Part shown: positions 1 through 10,145 of the stretch, piece by piece
Numbering within the stretch: the first letter of the stretch is position 1
Layout: every line of letters begins with the position of its first letter
IMG/VR virus record: IMGVR_UViG_3300021961_000040
Location: 44,075 to 108,074 of that record
Reading direction: 5' to 3' (one strand)
Source: a virus
Length of the DNA stretch: 64,000 bases
Made by a program: the position numbers and the translations under genes
Notes under the pieces: model-generated
Told to the model about the DNA's origin: nothing
The model's input: the letters and a program-made list of their open reading frames with translations, nothing else
The model's database searches: none

Positions 1-11
1 ATTAAAGTGGC

Positions 12-368
12 GTGGGTATGCTTAATTCTAATATTGTTTTCGGCGTCATGTTTGTCGTTACAGGTCATGTTCTCGCTTGGTATACACATAATCTACAGTT
101 TGTGTACGAGTATTGGAAAACTCGCCCCATACTTTCTAATATAATTTTTGGCATACCTTGCGGGTTTGCCTATTGGTATGCTACTAAGTTTTTTATGGCG
201 GTCACAGGTGAACTTTGGACTAGTAGATTTATTGCTTTTTCTTTGTCATATTTAACATTTCCTATTATGACGTGGTTTTATTTGGGTGAGTCAATGTTTA
301 CTCAAAAGACGCTAATTTGTACATTTTTGGCGTTTATGATTATATTAGTGCAATATATTTACAAATAA
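12..368 (+). CDS. Small multi-pass membrane protein (EamA/SMR-like topology)
   Basis: 118-aa ORF with about 4 hydrophobic segments; true start uncertain at the window edge. Confidence 0.55.
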   Translation: MGMLNSNIVFGVMFVVTGHVLAWYTHNLQFVYEYWKTRPILSNIIFGIPCGFAYWYATKFFMAVTGELWTSRFIAFSLSYLTFPIMTWFYLGESMFTQKTLICTFLAFMIILVQYIYK

Positions 369-798
369 GGGCCTGACACGGTTTCGACGGGGTAGAATCA
401 AGGGAGAGTGCAAGCAGGAAAGATACATCCTTAAAAGTTCAAAAACAATAGTTGCAAACAACAACACACACTTCGACGCAGTCGCACTCGCGGCGTAATC
501 GGGTGGCCGCTTAAAGCCATCTATCCAATTTAAGCAAAACAACAGATAAGTTGTAAAAATCGAAATGGTTACCCAATATTGCTGCGGTGGTTAGACAGAC
601 AGGCTTAAATCGTACAATCTGGTGGCGCTTAGAAAGAAATTGCTAAGACAGTCAGATCAATATTGGTGGAGCGCAACAGGTCGGTAAGCGCAGGGAAAAC
701 CGACTATCTTTTCTAATTTGTGATAGTAAATTAGACAAGCTTGTGAATGACTCAAACTAAGACTGCTGCGGAAGCTGGTTCGACTCCAGCCAGGTCCA
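369..798 (+). ncRNA. ssrA: tmRNA; tag ORF 454-498 encodes ANNNTHFDAVALAA*
   Basis: 5' GGGCCTG pairs with 3' CAGGTCC-A including the G3:U70 Ala determinant; GGTTTCGAC 5' motif; T-arm GCTGG-TTCGACT-CCAGC; GCA resume codon and ALAA-stop tag. Confidence 0.95.
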
Positions 799-863
799 CT
801 ATTTTTAATAAATTACTTATACAGGTGCATACTTAATAGCATGAGTGAAACGAAGAGGAGTCT

Positions 864-1754
864 ATGAGCGCAGAAACTTACAATAAAAACCAGTCTAGAA
901 GATTCGGATGGAAGCCTGACTGGTTCATACCTGATCATAAAGACTTTGATACAGTATTAACAGCTGCAATTAGAGAATTTCAGTCAGCACGAGGATTATC
1001 AGCAGACGGTATGTGCGGACCAGGAACCTATAGAATAATATTGTCCGAAAGAGAAGCTTTAGAAGCTGCACATAATTCAGAATGGATTACAGACAATTCT
1101 GATGTTCTATGGTGGGGCGACAAGCCTATCAAGATCGATTGGCCATCAGAAAAAGTTCACACCTTCAAGGATGCAGGTTTTCCCTATCCCATTAGTAAAG
1201 GTCTGACAAAATATAACAGCCAAAGAGATATCAAGTCTTTTGTAACGCATTGGGATGTATGCCTTAACAGCATGTCTTGCGCAAAAGTCCTTGCTAAAAG
1301 AAACGTATCAGTTCACTTTTGTATTGACAACGACGGCACAATTATTCAGCTTCATGACTTGAATGATGCATGCTGGCACGCCGGAAACTCTAAGGTCAAT
1401 AGCACGGGAGTCGGTGTAGAGATTGCAAATGCTTTTTACTTAAAGCATCAAAGCTGGTATAAAAGAAATGGATTTGGAGAAAGGCCAATCATGAGCGGCG
1501 CTCTTGCACAAAATAGAAAAGTAGAAGACTTTACTTGGTTCTACCCGGTTCAAATAGAAGCTCTCAAAGCTCTTTACAAAGCAATGCACGAAGGGTGCGG
1601 TATTCCTCTAGAAGCACCTGCAGAAAAATGGGCTTATGACTCTCATGCTGCTAGCGGGAGATTTAAAGGATTTATGAACCATTTTCACTGCAGTGAGAAA
1701 AAGATTGATTGCGCAGGTCTAGATATAGAAGAGATACTAAAGGAAATTAAATGA
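864..1754 (+). CDS. N-acetylmuramoyl-L-alanine amidase with N-terminal peptidoglycan-binding domain (endolysin-like)
   Basis: AAIREFQ..GL.ADGMCGPGT PG-binding motif; Amidase_2-type motifs VTHWD, SVHF.ID.DG.I.Q, WHAG, GVE. Confidence 0.88.
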   Translation: MSAETYNKNQSRRFGWKPDWFIPDHKDFDTVLTAAIREFQSARGLSADGMCGPGTYRIILSEREALEAAHNSEWITDNSDVLWWGDKPIKIDWPSEKVHTFKDAGFPYPISKGLTKYNSQRDIKSFVTHWDVCLNSMSCAKVLAKRNVSVHFCIDNDGTIIQLHDLNDACWHAGNSKVNSTGVGVEIANAFYLKHQSWYKRNGFGERPIMSGALAQNRKVEDFTWFYPVQIEALKALYKAMHEGCGIPLEAPAEKWAYDSHAASGRFKGFMNHFHCSEKKIDCAGLDIEEILKEIK

Positions 1755-2044
1755 AAATCACACGTAAAGAATTAAGAAGATTAATAGTAGAAACTGTTTT
1801 AAATGAAGACACAGTCAAGATGCATACAGTTAAAAAAGGAGAGACACTTTCTCAAATATACAGCAGACACATGGGTGTATCGTTATCATCAGATCAGATT
1901 AATCAACTAGTACAAATGCAAAACGACAGAGTCGACGCCGGAGACAGTGGGTTGACAAGAATAGAATCAGCTGATAGTGTCAAAGCAGGAGACAAAATTC
2001 TTTTGCCGGGTGAACAGACATCAATTGCTATAGGGGCAATGTAA
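1751..2044 (+). CDS. LysM-domain protein with MKITRxxLRxxI leader
   Basis: HTVKKGETLSQI...N...AGDKILLP LysM pattern. Confidence 0.75.
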   Translation: MKITRKELRRLIVETVLNEDTVKMHTVKKGETLSQIYSRHMGVSLSSDQINQLVQMQNDRVDAGDSGLTRIESADSVKAGDKILLPGEQTSIAIGAM

Positions 2045-2583
2045 TGAAAATAAACAGAAGACAACTTCGTAAAATTATAAATGAGTTTCTTGATACGTCA
2101 AGGCCCATGATTGACCAACCCATTCCTGACCTCAAAGATTTGTCAAATACCTCAGTGTACGATCAACTTACAAACTCAGAGCGTGCAGCTTTTGTTTCCG
2201 CAATGGGAGTTGCAGGAGATGCAGGAGTTCCTGGAACCAGTCAAGAACTAAACGAAGGAGATATGATTCCGTTTCGTCAGCGTCAAAGAGCACTTCCAGA
2301 TTTAGATGGTGATATAACACCTGACGATTTAAGAGCTGCCGGGCTGGCGCCTGTTCACCACTTGCCTCCGACACCGGAGGAAGAAGAAAATCTTCAAAGA
2401 AAGCTGACCACTGCTAGACTGTCTAATCTTCCTGATGATGACGATCTAGATGAAATGATTGAATTGCTTGCACAACGATATGAAAAAGAAAAAAGACGCG
2501 CCGAAGATCTTGCATCGCAAGGAGTTGATGTATTACCTTCAAGATTCATGAGAGATGCCGACGCTGATTATGATGACTATTAA
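2044..2583 (+). CDS. Acidic hypothetical protein with MKINRRQLRKII leader
   Basis: TAATG-coupled ORF; shares the leader motif with other genes. Confidence 0.7.
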   Translation: MKINRRQLRKIINEFLDTSRPMIDQPIPDLKDLSNTSVYDQLTNSERAAFVSAMGVAGDAGVPGTSQELNEGDMIPFRQRQRALPDLDGDITPDDLRAAGLAPVHHLPPTPEEEENLQRKLTTARLSNLPDDDDLDEMIELLAQRYEKEKRRAEDLASQGVDVLPSRFMRDADADYDDY

Positions 2584-2633
2584 AATTAAGTCAAAATAAA
2601 AGTGTACACTCTAAAAATCGTGTCTATGTTATA

Positions 2634-2695
2634 TTTGCGACGCCTAATGGGTCGCAAAATACTATCAAACTTGCTTAAATAAGGAGGACGATATG
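2634..2695 (+). promoter_or_regulatory. ROSE-like RNA thermometer in the hsp20 5' UTR
   Basis: Hairpin TTTGCGAC..GTCGCAAA, then CTTGCTT pairing with the SD AAGGAGG with a bulged G (U(U/C)GCU ROSE signature). Confidence 0.7.
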
Positions 2696-3121
2696 ACACG
2701 TTTGATGATGAGAACCACACCTGCAATTATGAGCAGCAGAGCTTTTGACCAGTTTTTTGAAGGCTTTTTTGCAGAACCCGACCACTGGGTCAAGAATTCA
2801 ACAGAAGGATATCCACTGACAGATATTTGGCGTGAAGACGATGACACCCAAGTCATTCAGATGGCACTCGCAGGTTTTGCGCGAGATAGCTTAAGCGTCG
2901 AAACTGACAAAAACCGTATCACCATCTCTTCTGCCAAAACAGACGAAGATGACAAGCGGAGCGCAAGACGCATCGCGCGTCGAGCTTTTACCAAGACCTT
3001 TGTTGATCACCAGAATCAGTTGGATATGTCAAAGGCAGAAGCCGATTTTACAGATGGTTTACTTACTGTACGAATCCCACCCGTAATTAAATCTAAAAAG
3101 ACAACAATTAAAATCAAGTAA
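2693..3121 (+). CDS. Small heat-shock protein (Hsp20/alpha-crystallin)
   Basis: YP..DI, MALAGF, RIARRAFTKTF, A.FTDGLLTV.IP motifs. Confidence 0.92.
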   Translation: MTRLMMRTTPAIMSSRAFDQFFEGFFAEPDHWVKNSTEGYPLTDIWREDDDTQVIQMALAGFARDSLSVETDKNRITISSAKTDEDDKRSARRIARRAFTKTFVDHQNQLDMSKAEADFTDGLLTVRIPPVIKSKKTTIKIK

Positions 3122-3172
3122 TTGTTAAGAATTTGAACTCCTCGCTGTATAGTTATAGTGAGGAGTTTTTGT

Positions 3173-3814
3173 ATGCGTATAACTAGGAAAAATCTTAGAA
3201 AAATAATATTAGAAAATATTAGAGAGGCTATAGACTTACAAGCATTGCAATCCGCTACAAATTTTATATATCGATCAAATGAAATTGAAGAATACATTGA
3301 CGATCCTAAAGAAATATTTAGTGCGCTTGAAGGTGTTGTGCAAGGATATCCAGCAAGCTACGTTACAAGAAGTGCAAATATAAAAGCACAAATTCTTGGA
3401 ATTCAAGCAACAACAACGTTTGAGGATAGAAAAGGCGCTACACTCGCAGAGGCTTTAGAGGTACATAGAGCGATGGGTGCTGATGTTTTAGACTCTGGCG
3501 TTCCAGGAATGCTTAGAGATAATGATGCGAGATCTGCAGGAGGAACCATTTATGTTTCTCCTGAGTTTGTAGCCGAAGCTATGTCATGGTGGGAATCTAG
3601 TGATTTTGGAACGCCTTTTGAAAGGCACGCTGTCTATGAGTTAATTCATCCATTTTCAGACGGAAACGGCCGGAGTGGCAGAATACTGCTGTTGTCAAAT
3701 ATGAATTACAACTATGCTGCCGCCAACGGAATGATTGGAGAAGGTTATTTTGATAGATTAGATATGTTTAATGATCAATATCAAAATTACTTTGCAGAAA
3801 GAGGTTGGCTGTGA
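3173..3814 (+). CDS. Fic/Doc-family protein with MRITRKNLRKII leader
   Basis: Canonical HPFSDGNGRSGR Fic motif; ATG 3173 follows SD GAGGAG. Confidence 0.88.
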   Translation: MRITRKNLRKIILENIREAIDLQALQSATNFIYRSNEIEEYIDDPKEIFSALEGVVQGYPASYVTRSANIKAQILGIQATTTFEDRKGATLAEALEVHRAMGADVLDSGVPGMLRDNDARSAGGTIYVSPEFVAEAMSWWESSDFGTPFERHAVYELIHPFSDGNGRSGRILLLSNMNYNYAAANGMIGEGYFDRLDMFNDQYQNYFAERGWL

Positions 3815-4392
3815 GAATTACAAAGGAACACCTAAAAAAGATTATTAGAGAAGAAGTTCTTTTTTCAGAAGGTCTGCGTTATCACCTGAGAGAAGGCGTT
3901 TCTTTATCAGAATCTGTATACAGACCCGGGTCTAAAGCATTTTTTGATCTTATAAATGAAGCGCGCGCAAGATGTCTTGCGCACGAGATAACGCTATCTG
4001 AAACTGACATGGAGCTTATTAACAGTGATCTAGGCAAGTGGGGATTATATGAGGGCTGTGAAGTGGCACTTGACTTTCCTCTCACAGAAGAAGCAGATGT
4101 CATGCTTGAAGCAGAATATCGTGGTCGCAAAGTTAAACTTAATAATCCATCCCGAGGTGGAACAAAAAAATTCTATGTCTATGTTAAAAACCCCAAAACA
4201 GGCAAGGTAATGAAAGTTGCATTTGGCGCGAAAGGTATGTCAACAGGTCTTCGAGATCCAAAGCGCAGAAAGTCATTTAAGGATAGGCACAATTGTGAAG
4301 ACAAGAACGACAAGACGAAAGCAGGTTATTGGTCTTGTAGAATCGGTAGATATCCAAAAGTGACAGGGGCACCCTATGTCACATGGTGGTAA
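3811..4392 (+). CDS. Phage hypothetical protein with leader motif and basic C-terminal domain
   Basis: GTGA overlap start; MRITKEHLKKIIREE leader; internal LEAEY followed by a basic domain ending YWSC. Confidence 0.7.
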   Translation: MRITKEHLKKIIREEVLFSEGLRYHLREGVSLSESVYRPGSKAFFDLINEARARCLAHEITLSETDMELINSDLGKWGLYEGCEVALDFPLTEEADVMLEAEYRGRKVKLNNPSRGGTKKFYVYVKNPKTGKVMKVAFGAKGMSTGLRDPKRRKSFKDRHNCEDKNDKTKAGYWSCRIGRYPKVTGAPYVTWW

Positions 4393-4657
4393 AAAACCTT
4401 ATTGGGATAAACAGCTAGATGAAAACTCTTTTTTAAGAACGTTTTCTCTCAATTGCGACTCGTCAGAGCTTGAGTGGCATCGAGATGTGCAGAATCGTCA
4501 AGTCGAAGTTATCTCAGGTAAAGATTGGAAGTTTCAATACGATAATTGTTTACCAGAAACGATAAAACCTGGCGATAAAATTATAGTTGAAAAGAACGAG
4601 TGGCATAGAATAATTAAAGGTAGTACAGATTTAATTTTGTTGGTACACGAAAAATGA
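4376..4657 (+). CDS. Cupin-fold protein
   Basis: EWHRD...EV.SG and PGD.I.V.KNEWHRI cupin motifs. Confidence 0.75.
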   Translation: MSHGGKKPYWDKQLDENSFLRTFSLNCDSSELEWHRDVQNRQVEVISGKDWKFQYDNCLPETIKPGDKIIVEKNEWHRIIKGSTDLILLVHEK

Positions 4658-4866
4658 GATTGATAGAAAAATTTTTAGAGCATCCAAGAGAACAGGGTGA
4701 AACATATCTTGAGCACCTTTACCACGCCCTTAGGTGTGGTTTGCTTTTAAGCATTGCAAGTATTGCATGCATTATTCACTCCTTTATTCCTTTTATATTT
4801 AAGAATACTGCGACAGGTATTATGCGCAACATTCTTTACCAAAGGTGTAAAGAAGAAAAAAATTAA
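4654..4866 (+). CDS. Small membrane protein (DUF6356-like)
   Basis: HP...GETY.EH ... IHS.IPF.F pattern. Confidence 0.55.
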   Translation: MRLIEKFLEHPREQGETYLEHLYHALRCGLLLSIASIACIIHSFIPFIFKNTATGIMRNILYQRCKEEKN

Positions 4867-4893
4867 GTACAATACGCATAAACTGGAAAGTCC

Positions 4894-5235
4894 ATGAAAA
4901 AATTATTAATTGAAGAAAAATTTAAAAAAGCTAGACAGATTTTAGAAAAGAAAAAAGTTATGCAGCTTGAAATAGGCACTGATGAATATACAAGTGTTCT
5001 TGAAAGAATTATTAGCGATTTAAAAAATGTCAAAAGCTCTCTTCGGACTAGATCGAGAGAGGGTGCTGTACATAGAAAAGAGGCGGGTAGAATACAGGCA
5101 GCAATAAATGCAATGAAATACCTGAGCAACAAAAGCAGAAGAATGATTAATAGTTCAACACTGAAGGAAGAAAAAATCGACCGTGAGACGTTTACTCGTT
5201 CAGACGTCAAAAACTTTTTAAAAACTTTTAAATAG
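4894..5235 (+). CDS. Hypothetical protein
   Basis: ATG ORF in series with neighbours. Confidence 0.6.
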   Translation: MKKLLIEEKFKKARQILEKKKVMQLEIGTDEYTSVLERIISDLKNVKSSLRTRSREGAVHRKEAGRIQAAINAMKYLSNKSRRMINSSTLKEEKIDRETFTRSDVKNFLKTFK

Positions 5236-5243
5236 GATTTTTT

Positions 5244-5726
5244 ATGATCTTGCTATCAAATAAACCGCTTTGGGTATGTCCGGGTGGAAACCAGCTGAAT
5301 AGTGAAGACTTTGCAAAAGAAGCTAAAAGCTTAATTGCTAGAGGATCTAATGTTTATGTCGGTACAGACTCTATGATCCGAGGAGAAAATTGTATATTTG
5401 TAACGGTTATTGCTTTTCACAGCAACGAAGGAAAAATAGCTAAGTACTATTATAAAAAATTTAAGATAATAAACAAAGAATACATGAATCTTAAAAATAA
5501 AATAAACGAAGAAGTTAACCTATCAGTTCAAGCCGCTCAAAAAATAAATGAACTTTCACCTAAGACGCCTATCGAACTACATGTAGACATCGGAAGAAAT
5601 AAAGAAAACAAGACCAGAATGATGTTGTCTTCTGTATCAGGTTGGGTAACTGGCATGGGTTATGATTTGAAAGTAAAACCTGATTCTTGGGCTTCGTCGT
5701 CCATCGCAGATAATCATACAAAGTAA
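5244..5726 (+). CDS. RNase H-like YkuK (DUF458) family protein
   Basis: YVGTDS, E...S, ELHVDIG, KPDSWASSSIAD motifs. Confidence 0.85.
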   Translation: MILLSNKPLWVCPGGNQLNSEDFAKEAKSLIARGSNVYVGTDSMIRGENCIFVTVIAFHSNEGKIAKYYYKKFKIINKEYMNLKNKINEEVNLSVQAAQKINELSPKTPIELHVDIGRNKENKTRMMLSSVSGWVTGMGYDLKVKPDSWASSSIADNHTK

Positions 5727-5744
5727 ATATAAGGAGGACCGTCA

Positions 5745-6065
5745 ATGTTTGGTCATTCACCTAGATCTACAATCGAAGAGCTAGTTCAAGAATCTATGCT
5801 TGGGATCATCAAAAGCAAAACAGGAATTAAAAAGTCAGATCAGATTAAATGCTTAGAGTTTATTACTACTTTTAAAAAAGACGAAGAGGGCGTTATTAGA
5901 ATTAATTCCATCTACCTTAAGTACAGAATGAAAGCTGGATACTCTAGAATATCATTAAAAGAAATAAAATTTAGCGGAGCGACAAGTAGTGAATTTGTAA
6001 CTTATTTGCGCCACTGCGGAGCAAGACAAACCACAGACAAAATAGGTTTTCTAGAAAGAATTTAG
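5745..6065 (+). CDS. Hypothetical protein
   Basis: Strong SD AAGGAGG upstream. Confidence 0.6.
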   Translation: MFGHSPRSTIEELVQESMLGIIKSKTGIKKSDQIKCLEFITTFKKDEEGVIRINSIYLKYRMKAGYSRISLKEIKFSGATSSEFVTYLRHCGARQTTDKIGFLERI

Positions 6066-6117
6066 TGTGTAAATCTTACTTATGTAAACTATAATAGTGT
6101 AGCATAGGAGATTCACT

Positions 6118-7734
6118 TTGGATATTAGTAAACATTTTCCGTATCCTGTTCCACGCCCAGAACAGGAGCAGGCAATCGAAGCTGCACTTAAAGCTTTCTT
6201 AAAAAATGACAAGAAGTTTTTTATTCTTGAAGCAGGTACAGGTGTCGGAAAATCGGCGATCGGTTTAACACTGGCTCGTATCTTAAACGAACAGCTTTCA
6301 CATTCTGAAGAGTTTGCAAGAGGATCCTATTTCCTGACAACTCAGCGAGTTCTTCAAGAGCAGTACGAAAATGACTTCGGACATCCGAACGGAAAGATGA
6401 CGTCAGTTTACTCTTCTAAAAACTATCAGTGCGAGTATCACAAGAAAAATGACTGTCGCACTAGTCAACAGATGCTTAGAACAGAAGATAAGTCTTCGAG
6501 ATTTTTTAAGAAGTGCACTGCTGATTGTCTTTACAAGCGTGAGAAAAAGCTCTTTCTGGAATCTCCAGAATCAGTAACAAACTTTCCTTACTTTATTATG
6601 GAGTCAACTTATTCTGGAAAGATTACTCCTCGCAACTTTTTAGTTGTTGATGAGGCTCACAATGCTGAGTCTGTTCTTACAAATTTTGTTGAGATTTCTG
6701 TAAGTCAGTACTTTTGTGATAAGGTCGTCAAATGCAACTGGCCTGAAAAGATCACGCCTGTTGCTTTCTACAAGTGGCTTCGTGATGTTTATAATCCAAA
6801 ACTTCAGAAGCAAATTCTTTACTTTGAACAGCAGCTAGAAAATCTTGGTCTAAAATCTCGTGTAAAAGATTTGGCTTCAATTGCATTGAAGTATGACATG
6901 CTTAAGTCGCATTCGAATAAGCTCACTCTTTTCTTAGAAGATTACTCTCCAGACAATTGGGTTATGGAAGTGGGCGAGACCGAAAAGCGTGGCTATGTTC
7001 GTGTAACTTATCGCGCCATTGATGTGTCGAAGTATGCTGAGACTTATCTTTTCCGAATGGGTCGAAAGGTCCTGCTCATGTCTGCAACAATTCTTAACGC
7101 GAAAGGTTTTACTAAGTCAATGGGTATTTCTGAAGACGACTATGATTCAATTAGCATCGCGTCACCCTTTCCTGTGGAAAATCGTCCCATTATTCATGCC
7201 AATATTGGAAGTTTTAGTGCCAAGGTAATTGATTTTACTCTACCGAGAGCTAAAGACGCTGTCAAGGCAATTTTGGCAGAACACGAAGATGTCAAAGGTG
7301 TGATCCACTGTCATACTTATAAAATTGCTAATTATCTAAAGAAAGAGCTTCGATCGAAACGAATTCTTACACATAATAGCGATAATCGAGATGAGATTCT
7401 GCACAAACATATCACGTCCAAAGAGCCTACTGTTCTTTTAACACCTTCAATGACAGAAGGCGTGGACTTAAAAGGCGATGCTTCTCGATTCCAGATTATT
7501 GTCAAGGTGCCCTATCCTTATCTTGGTGATCCAATTATCAGAAAGCGAATGAACAAGAACGAAAAGTGGTATCCTATGCAAACTGCAATGACGATTGTTC
7601 AGGCATACGGCAGAAGTGTTAGATCAATGGACGACAATGCCGTTACTTATATTCTTGACAGTGACTGGAAACATTTTTACAGCCAGAACAAAGATGTATT
7701 CCCAGCTGGTTTTCATGAGTGCTTAGTTAAGTAA
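6118..7734 (+). CDS. DinG/Rad3-family SF2 helicase
   Basis: EAGTGVGKS, DEAH, SAT, EGVD, QAYGRSVR motifs; Cys cluster after motif Ia. Confidence 0.9.
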   Translation: MDISKHFPYPVPRPEQEQAIEAALKAFLKNDKKFFILEAGTGVGKSAIGLTLARILNEQLSHSEEFARGSYFLTTQRVLQEQYENDFGHPNGKMTSVYSSKNYQCEYHKKNDCRTSQQMLRTEDKSSRFFKKCTADCLYKREKKLFLESPESVTNFPYFIMESTYSGKITPRNFLVVDEAHNAESVLTNFVEISVSQYFCDKVVKCNWPEKITPVAFYKWLRDVYNPKLQKQILYFEQQLENLGLKSRVKDLASIALKYDMLKSHSNKLTLFLEDYSPDNWVMEVGETEKRGYVRVTYRAIDVSKYAETYLFRMGRKVLLMSATILNAKGFTKSMGISEDDYDSISIASPFPVENRPIIHANIGSFSAKVIDFTLPRAKDAVKAILAEHEDVKGVIHCHTYKIANYLKKELRSKRILTHNSDNRDEILHKHITSKEPTVLLTPSMTEGVDLKGDASRFQIIVKVPYPYLGDPIIRKRMNKNEKWYPMQTAMTIVQAYGRSVRSMDDNAVTYILDSDWKHFYSQNKDVFPAGFHECLVK

Positions 7735-9474
7735 ACCTGCTATTTTTAACCATCGTTCTTGAAGCTGCTGATTTTGCTGTTTATTGTATTTGATAAATAC
7801 TGGATTTTGCTCAATTGCTTCTCTATACCGCTTATTGCGCAATAAAGAATCTTCACTTCTATAAATTTGTAACAAAATATCAAGTGGCGTGTCAGGACTT
7901 TTTGCTAGCCGAATTGCAGCACTACCCTTAATGTACAAATCTTCTTTATTTAAAAGTTTTACTAAGACTTCTATCGGCGTACTACTCCTCTGTCTGGGTT
8001 GATCGGTAAAGATCCGTTCTCCATGGTTGAGCAATGCCATCGCGACCGTCATGTCTGGATCATCCGCGAGATCAAGTAATACATCAAGTGGTGTGCTTAT
8101 GTTATCTGCCACTGCTGCTCGGACGTGCTTATCTTCGTCTTTAGAATATTTAATTAAGACGTCAGGTGAAATACCAGGATTCGATGCTAACCATCTATTC
8201 ATTTTTGGCAAGTTGAGTTTTTCAAGCTTACGTATTGTCTTAGGTGAGATACTTGGATTTTTGGCAAGATTCAGTATAACATGGCTTTCTTTGTCATTAG
8301 CAAGATTTTCTAAAGTTTTTTTAGATGCGCTTCTGTTGAATGCTACGGCGGCTTTCACATCAGCGTCTTCATGCCTTGAAAGTTTATCAAGTTCTTCGGG
8401 TGCAGTATTAAGATCACTTGCTGCCCGAACTAGAAGATACTTTTCCATATTTTTGTTTTGGATCGAACCGTCTCTTCTAATCAACAAATTTTTAAGAACA
8501 TCTGTGTATTTTTGAAACAGTTTGTCACTCACTGGATTGTCATTAACGTCCATAAAATGCATGTGACCGTAAGAAAACTGGTATCGTTTTCCATTATCTT
8601 CAATATAATAAAGCGGATCTTCTGGGGTGTAGTAATCATCAAAAAAATCAAGTCCCGGCGCAGCCGTGCACCAGGCAGTATCAATACCTAATTTAACAGC
8701 TGCTGCTTTGCTGTGAATCTCGCCTACAACAAAACCGTTTTCATCAGGAATAGTATAAAAGCCCGTTTGAGGATTTTTCTGAGTCATATTTTCGGCTGCT
8801 ATATTTAATCCTCCTCGGAGCGGAATAAATCCTTTTATTACATTTTCTCCAGAAATTCTAGAGCCTAATCTCTTGTTTTCTGCATCTATTGCTTCTTCAT
8901 GTGCTTCTATTATTGAAAAAAGCTCTTGCATGTCTTTTATTTTAAATAAGTCTCTTTTTTCTGGCGGGCTAATTAAGTGTTTAAACTGGCCAAATTTTTC
9001 TAAACTATTTCTAATTTTATTAACTAAAGTAACCTCTCCTAAGTTTCCGTAATTATTTTCTATTACTTCTTCTTCTTCTGTTACTGCAAAAAACAATCCT
9101 AAGTCTGACTTAAATTGTTTTATTATCCATAAAATAGAGTTTGATCGATCAGCATCATCTACGTCTACGGGTATAAAATTATCAATATTTCTAAAAAGCT
9201 CATCGGCAGTAAGATGTTCTATCCCGTAAGAAGCTCCGTCAAGATGTGTTGGGCTTTCATCCCATTGATTTGTATATGGGCTAGGCTTGTAATTATATTT
9301 TTGAGCCGCAGATCTAATCGCTCCGATGCCATCTCTTTTTACAACAAAAATCAAAGATTTCCAGATCTTCATTTTTTCTTTTTCAAGCTTAGCCTCAGCT
9401 TGCTCAACTGATATCGCCTCAGTAAGCAAGCTTTCTAAAATTATTTTTCTGAGTTGTGATTTCTTAATTTTCAT
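7723..9474 (-). CDS. HEAT/LRV-repeat protein with MKIKKSQLRKII leader
   Basis: Repeated L..L..D.D..V...A.N units in the C-terminal half; TAWCTAAP motif; the only long minus-strand gene. Confidence 0.75.
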   Translation of the reverse strand: MKIKKSQLRKIILESLLTEAISVEQAEAKLEKEKMKIWKSLIFVVKRDGIGAIRSAAQKYNYKPSPYTNQWDESPTHLDGASYGIEHLTADELFRNIDNFIPVDVDDADRSNSILWIIKQFKSDLGLFFAVTEEEEVIENNYGNLGEVTLVNKIRNSLEKFGQFKHLISPPEKRDLFKIKDMQELFSIIEAHEEAIDAENKRLGSRISGENVIKGFIPLRGGLNIAAENMTQKNPQTGFYTIPDENGFVVGEIHSKAAAVKLGIDTAWCTAAPGLDFFDDYYTPEDPLYYIEDNGKRYQFSYGHMHFMDVNDNPVSDKLFQKYTDVLKNLLIRRDGSIQNKNMEKYLLVRAASDLNTAPEELDKLSRHEDADVKAAVAFNRSASKKTLENLANDKESHVILNLAKNPSISPKTIRKLEKLNLPKMNRWLASNPGISPDVLIKYSKDEDKHVRAAVADNISTPLDVLLDLADDPDMTVAMALLNHGERIFTDQPRQRSSTPIEVLVKLLNKEDLYIKGSAAIRLAKSPDTPLDILLQIYRSEDSLLRNKRYREAIEQNPVFIKYNKQQNQQLQERWLKIAGLLN

Positions 9475-9527
9475 GGTGTGCAAACCTCAATAATACACAT
9501 TATAATACAACAATAGGTAGGGGAAAA

Positions 9528-10145
9528 ATGTTTAAACTTGCATGCAAAATTCCAAAGAAAGTTGAAGTCGCGTTGAGCGGAGGCCCTGATTCTGTCGCGC
9601 TTCTTGGATTTCTTGCAAAGAGTCGCAGAGATGTCTCTGCGGCTTTTGTGCACCACGGAACAAAAACCTCAGATGAGTCTGTTTATGTTGTAACAAGGCT
9701 TTGTAAGCAGCTAGATATTCCTCTTAGAATGACCACGTTGTCTTCTGTTGAACAGGAAGGACAAGGCCTTGAGGCAACCTGGAGAGCTTCAAGATATGAC
9801 TTCCTGGATCAGGCAGAGCGCCCTGTGGCCACTGCACATCATCTTGATGATGCAGTTGAGTGGTGGATCTTTTCATCGCTTCATGGGGAAGGAAAGCTTA
9901 TCCCGCGAATTCGTGGAAACTATCTTAGGCCTCTTCTCTTGACTAGAAAAGAAAAACTAGTGGAGTATTGCAACTATAATAATTTGCCTTTTTATATCGA
10001 CGAAACCAATCTTTTGACTGATCGGCCTCGTGTTTTAATCCGCAATAAAATGATGTATGATTGTCTTGAGATTAATCCTGGTTTGCATAAGACCATTAAA
10101 AAGAAATACCTCAAGGAGATTGAAGATGAACGTCAGGGTTGGTGA
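9528..10145 (+). CDS. tilS: tRNA(Ile)-lysidine synthetase (catalytic PP-loop domain only)
   Basis: ALSGGPDS, RY, TAHHLDD.VE, RPLL, DETN..R..IRN motifs. Confidence 0.88.
   Translation: MFKLACKIPKKVEVALSGGPDSVALLGFLAKSRRDVSAAFVHHGTKTSDESVYVVTRLCKQLDIPLRMTTLSSVEQEGQGLEATWRASRYDFLDQAERPVATAHHLDDAVEWWIFSSLHGEGKLIPRIRGNYLRPLLLTRKEKLVEYCNYNNLPFYIDETNLLTDRPRVLIRNKMMYDCLEINPGLHKTIKKKYLKEIEDERQGW

Noticed and set aside
345-542. Minus-strand 65-aa ORF
   Set aside because: Antisense to the tmRNA
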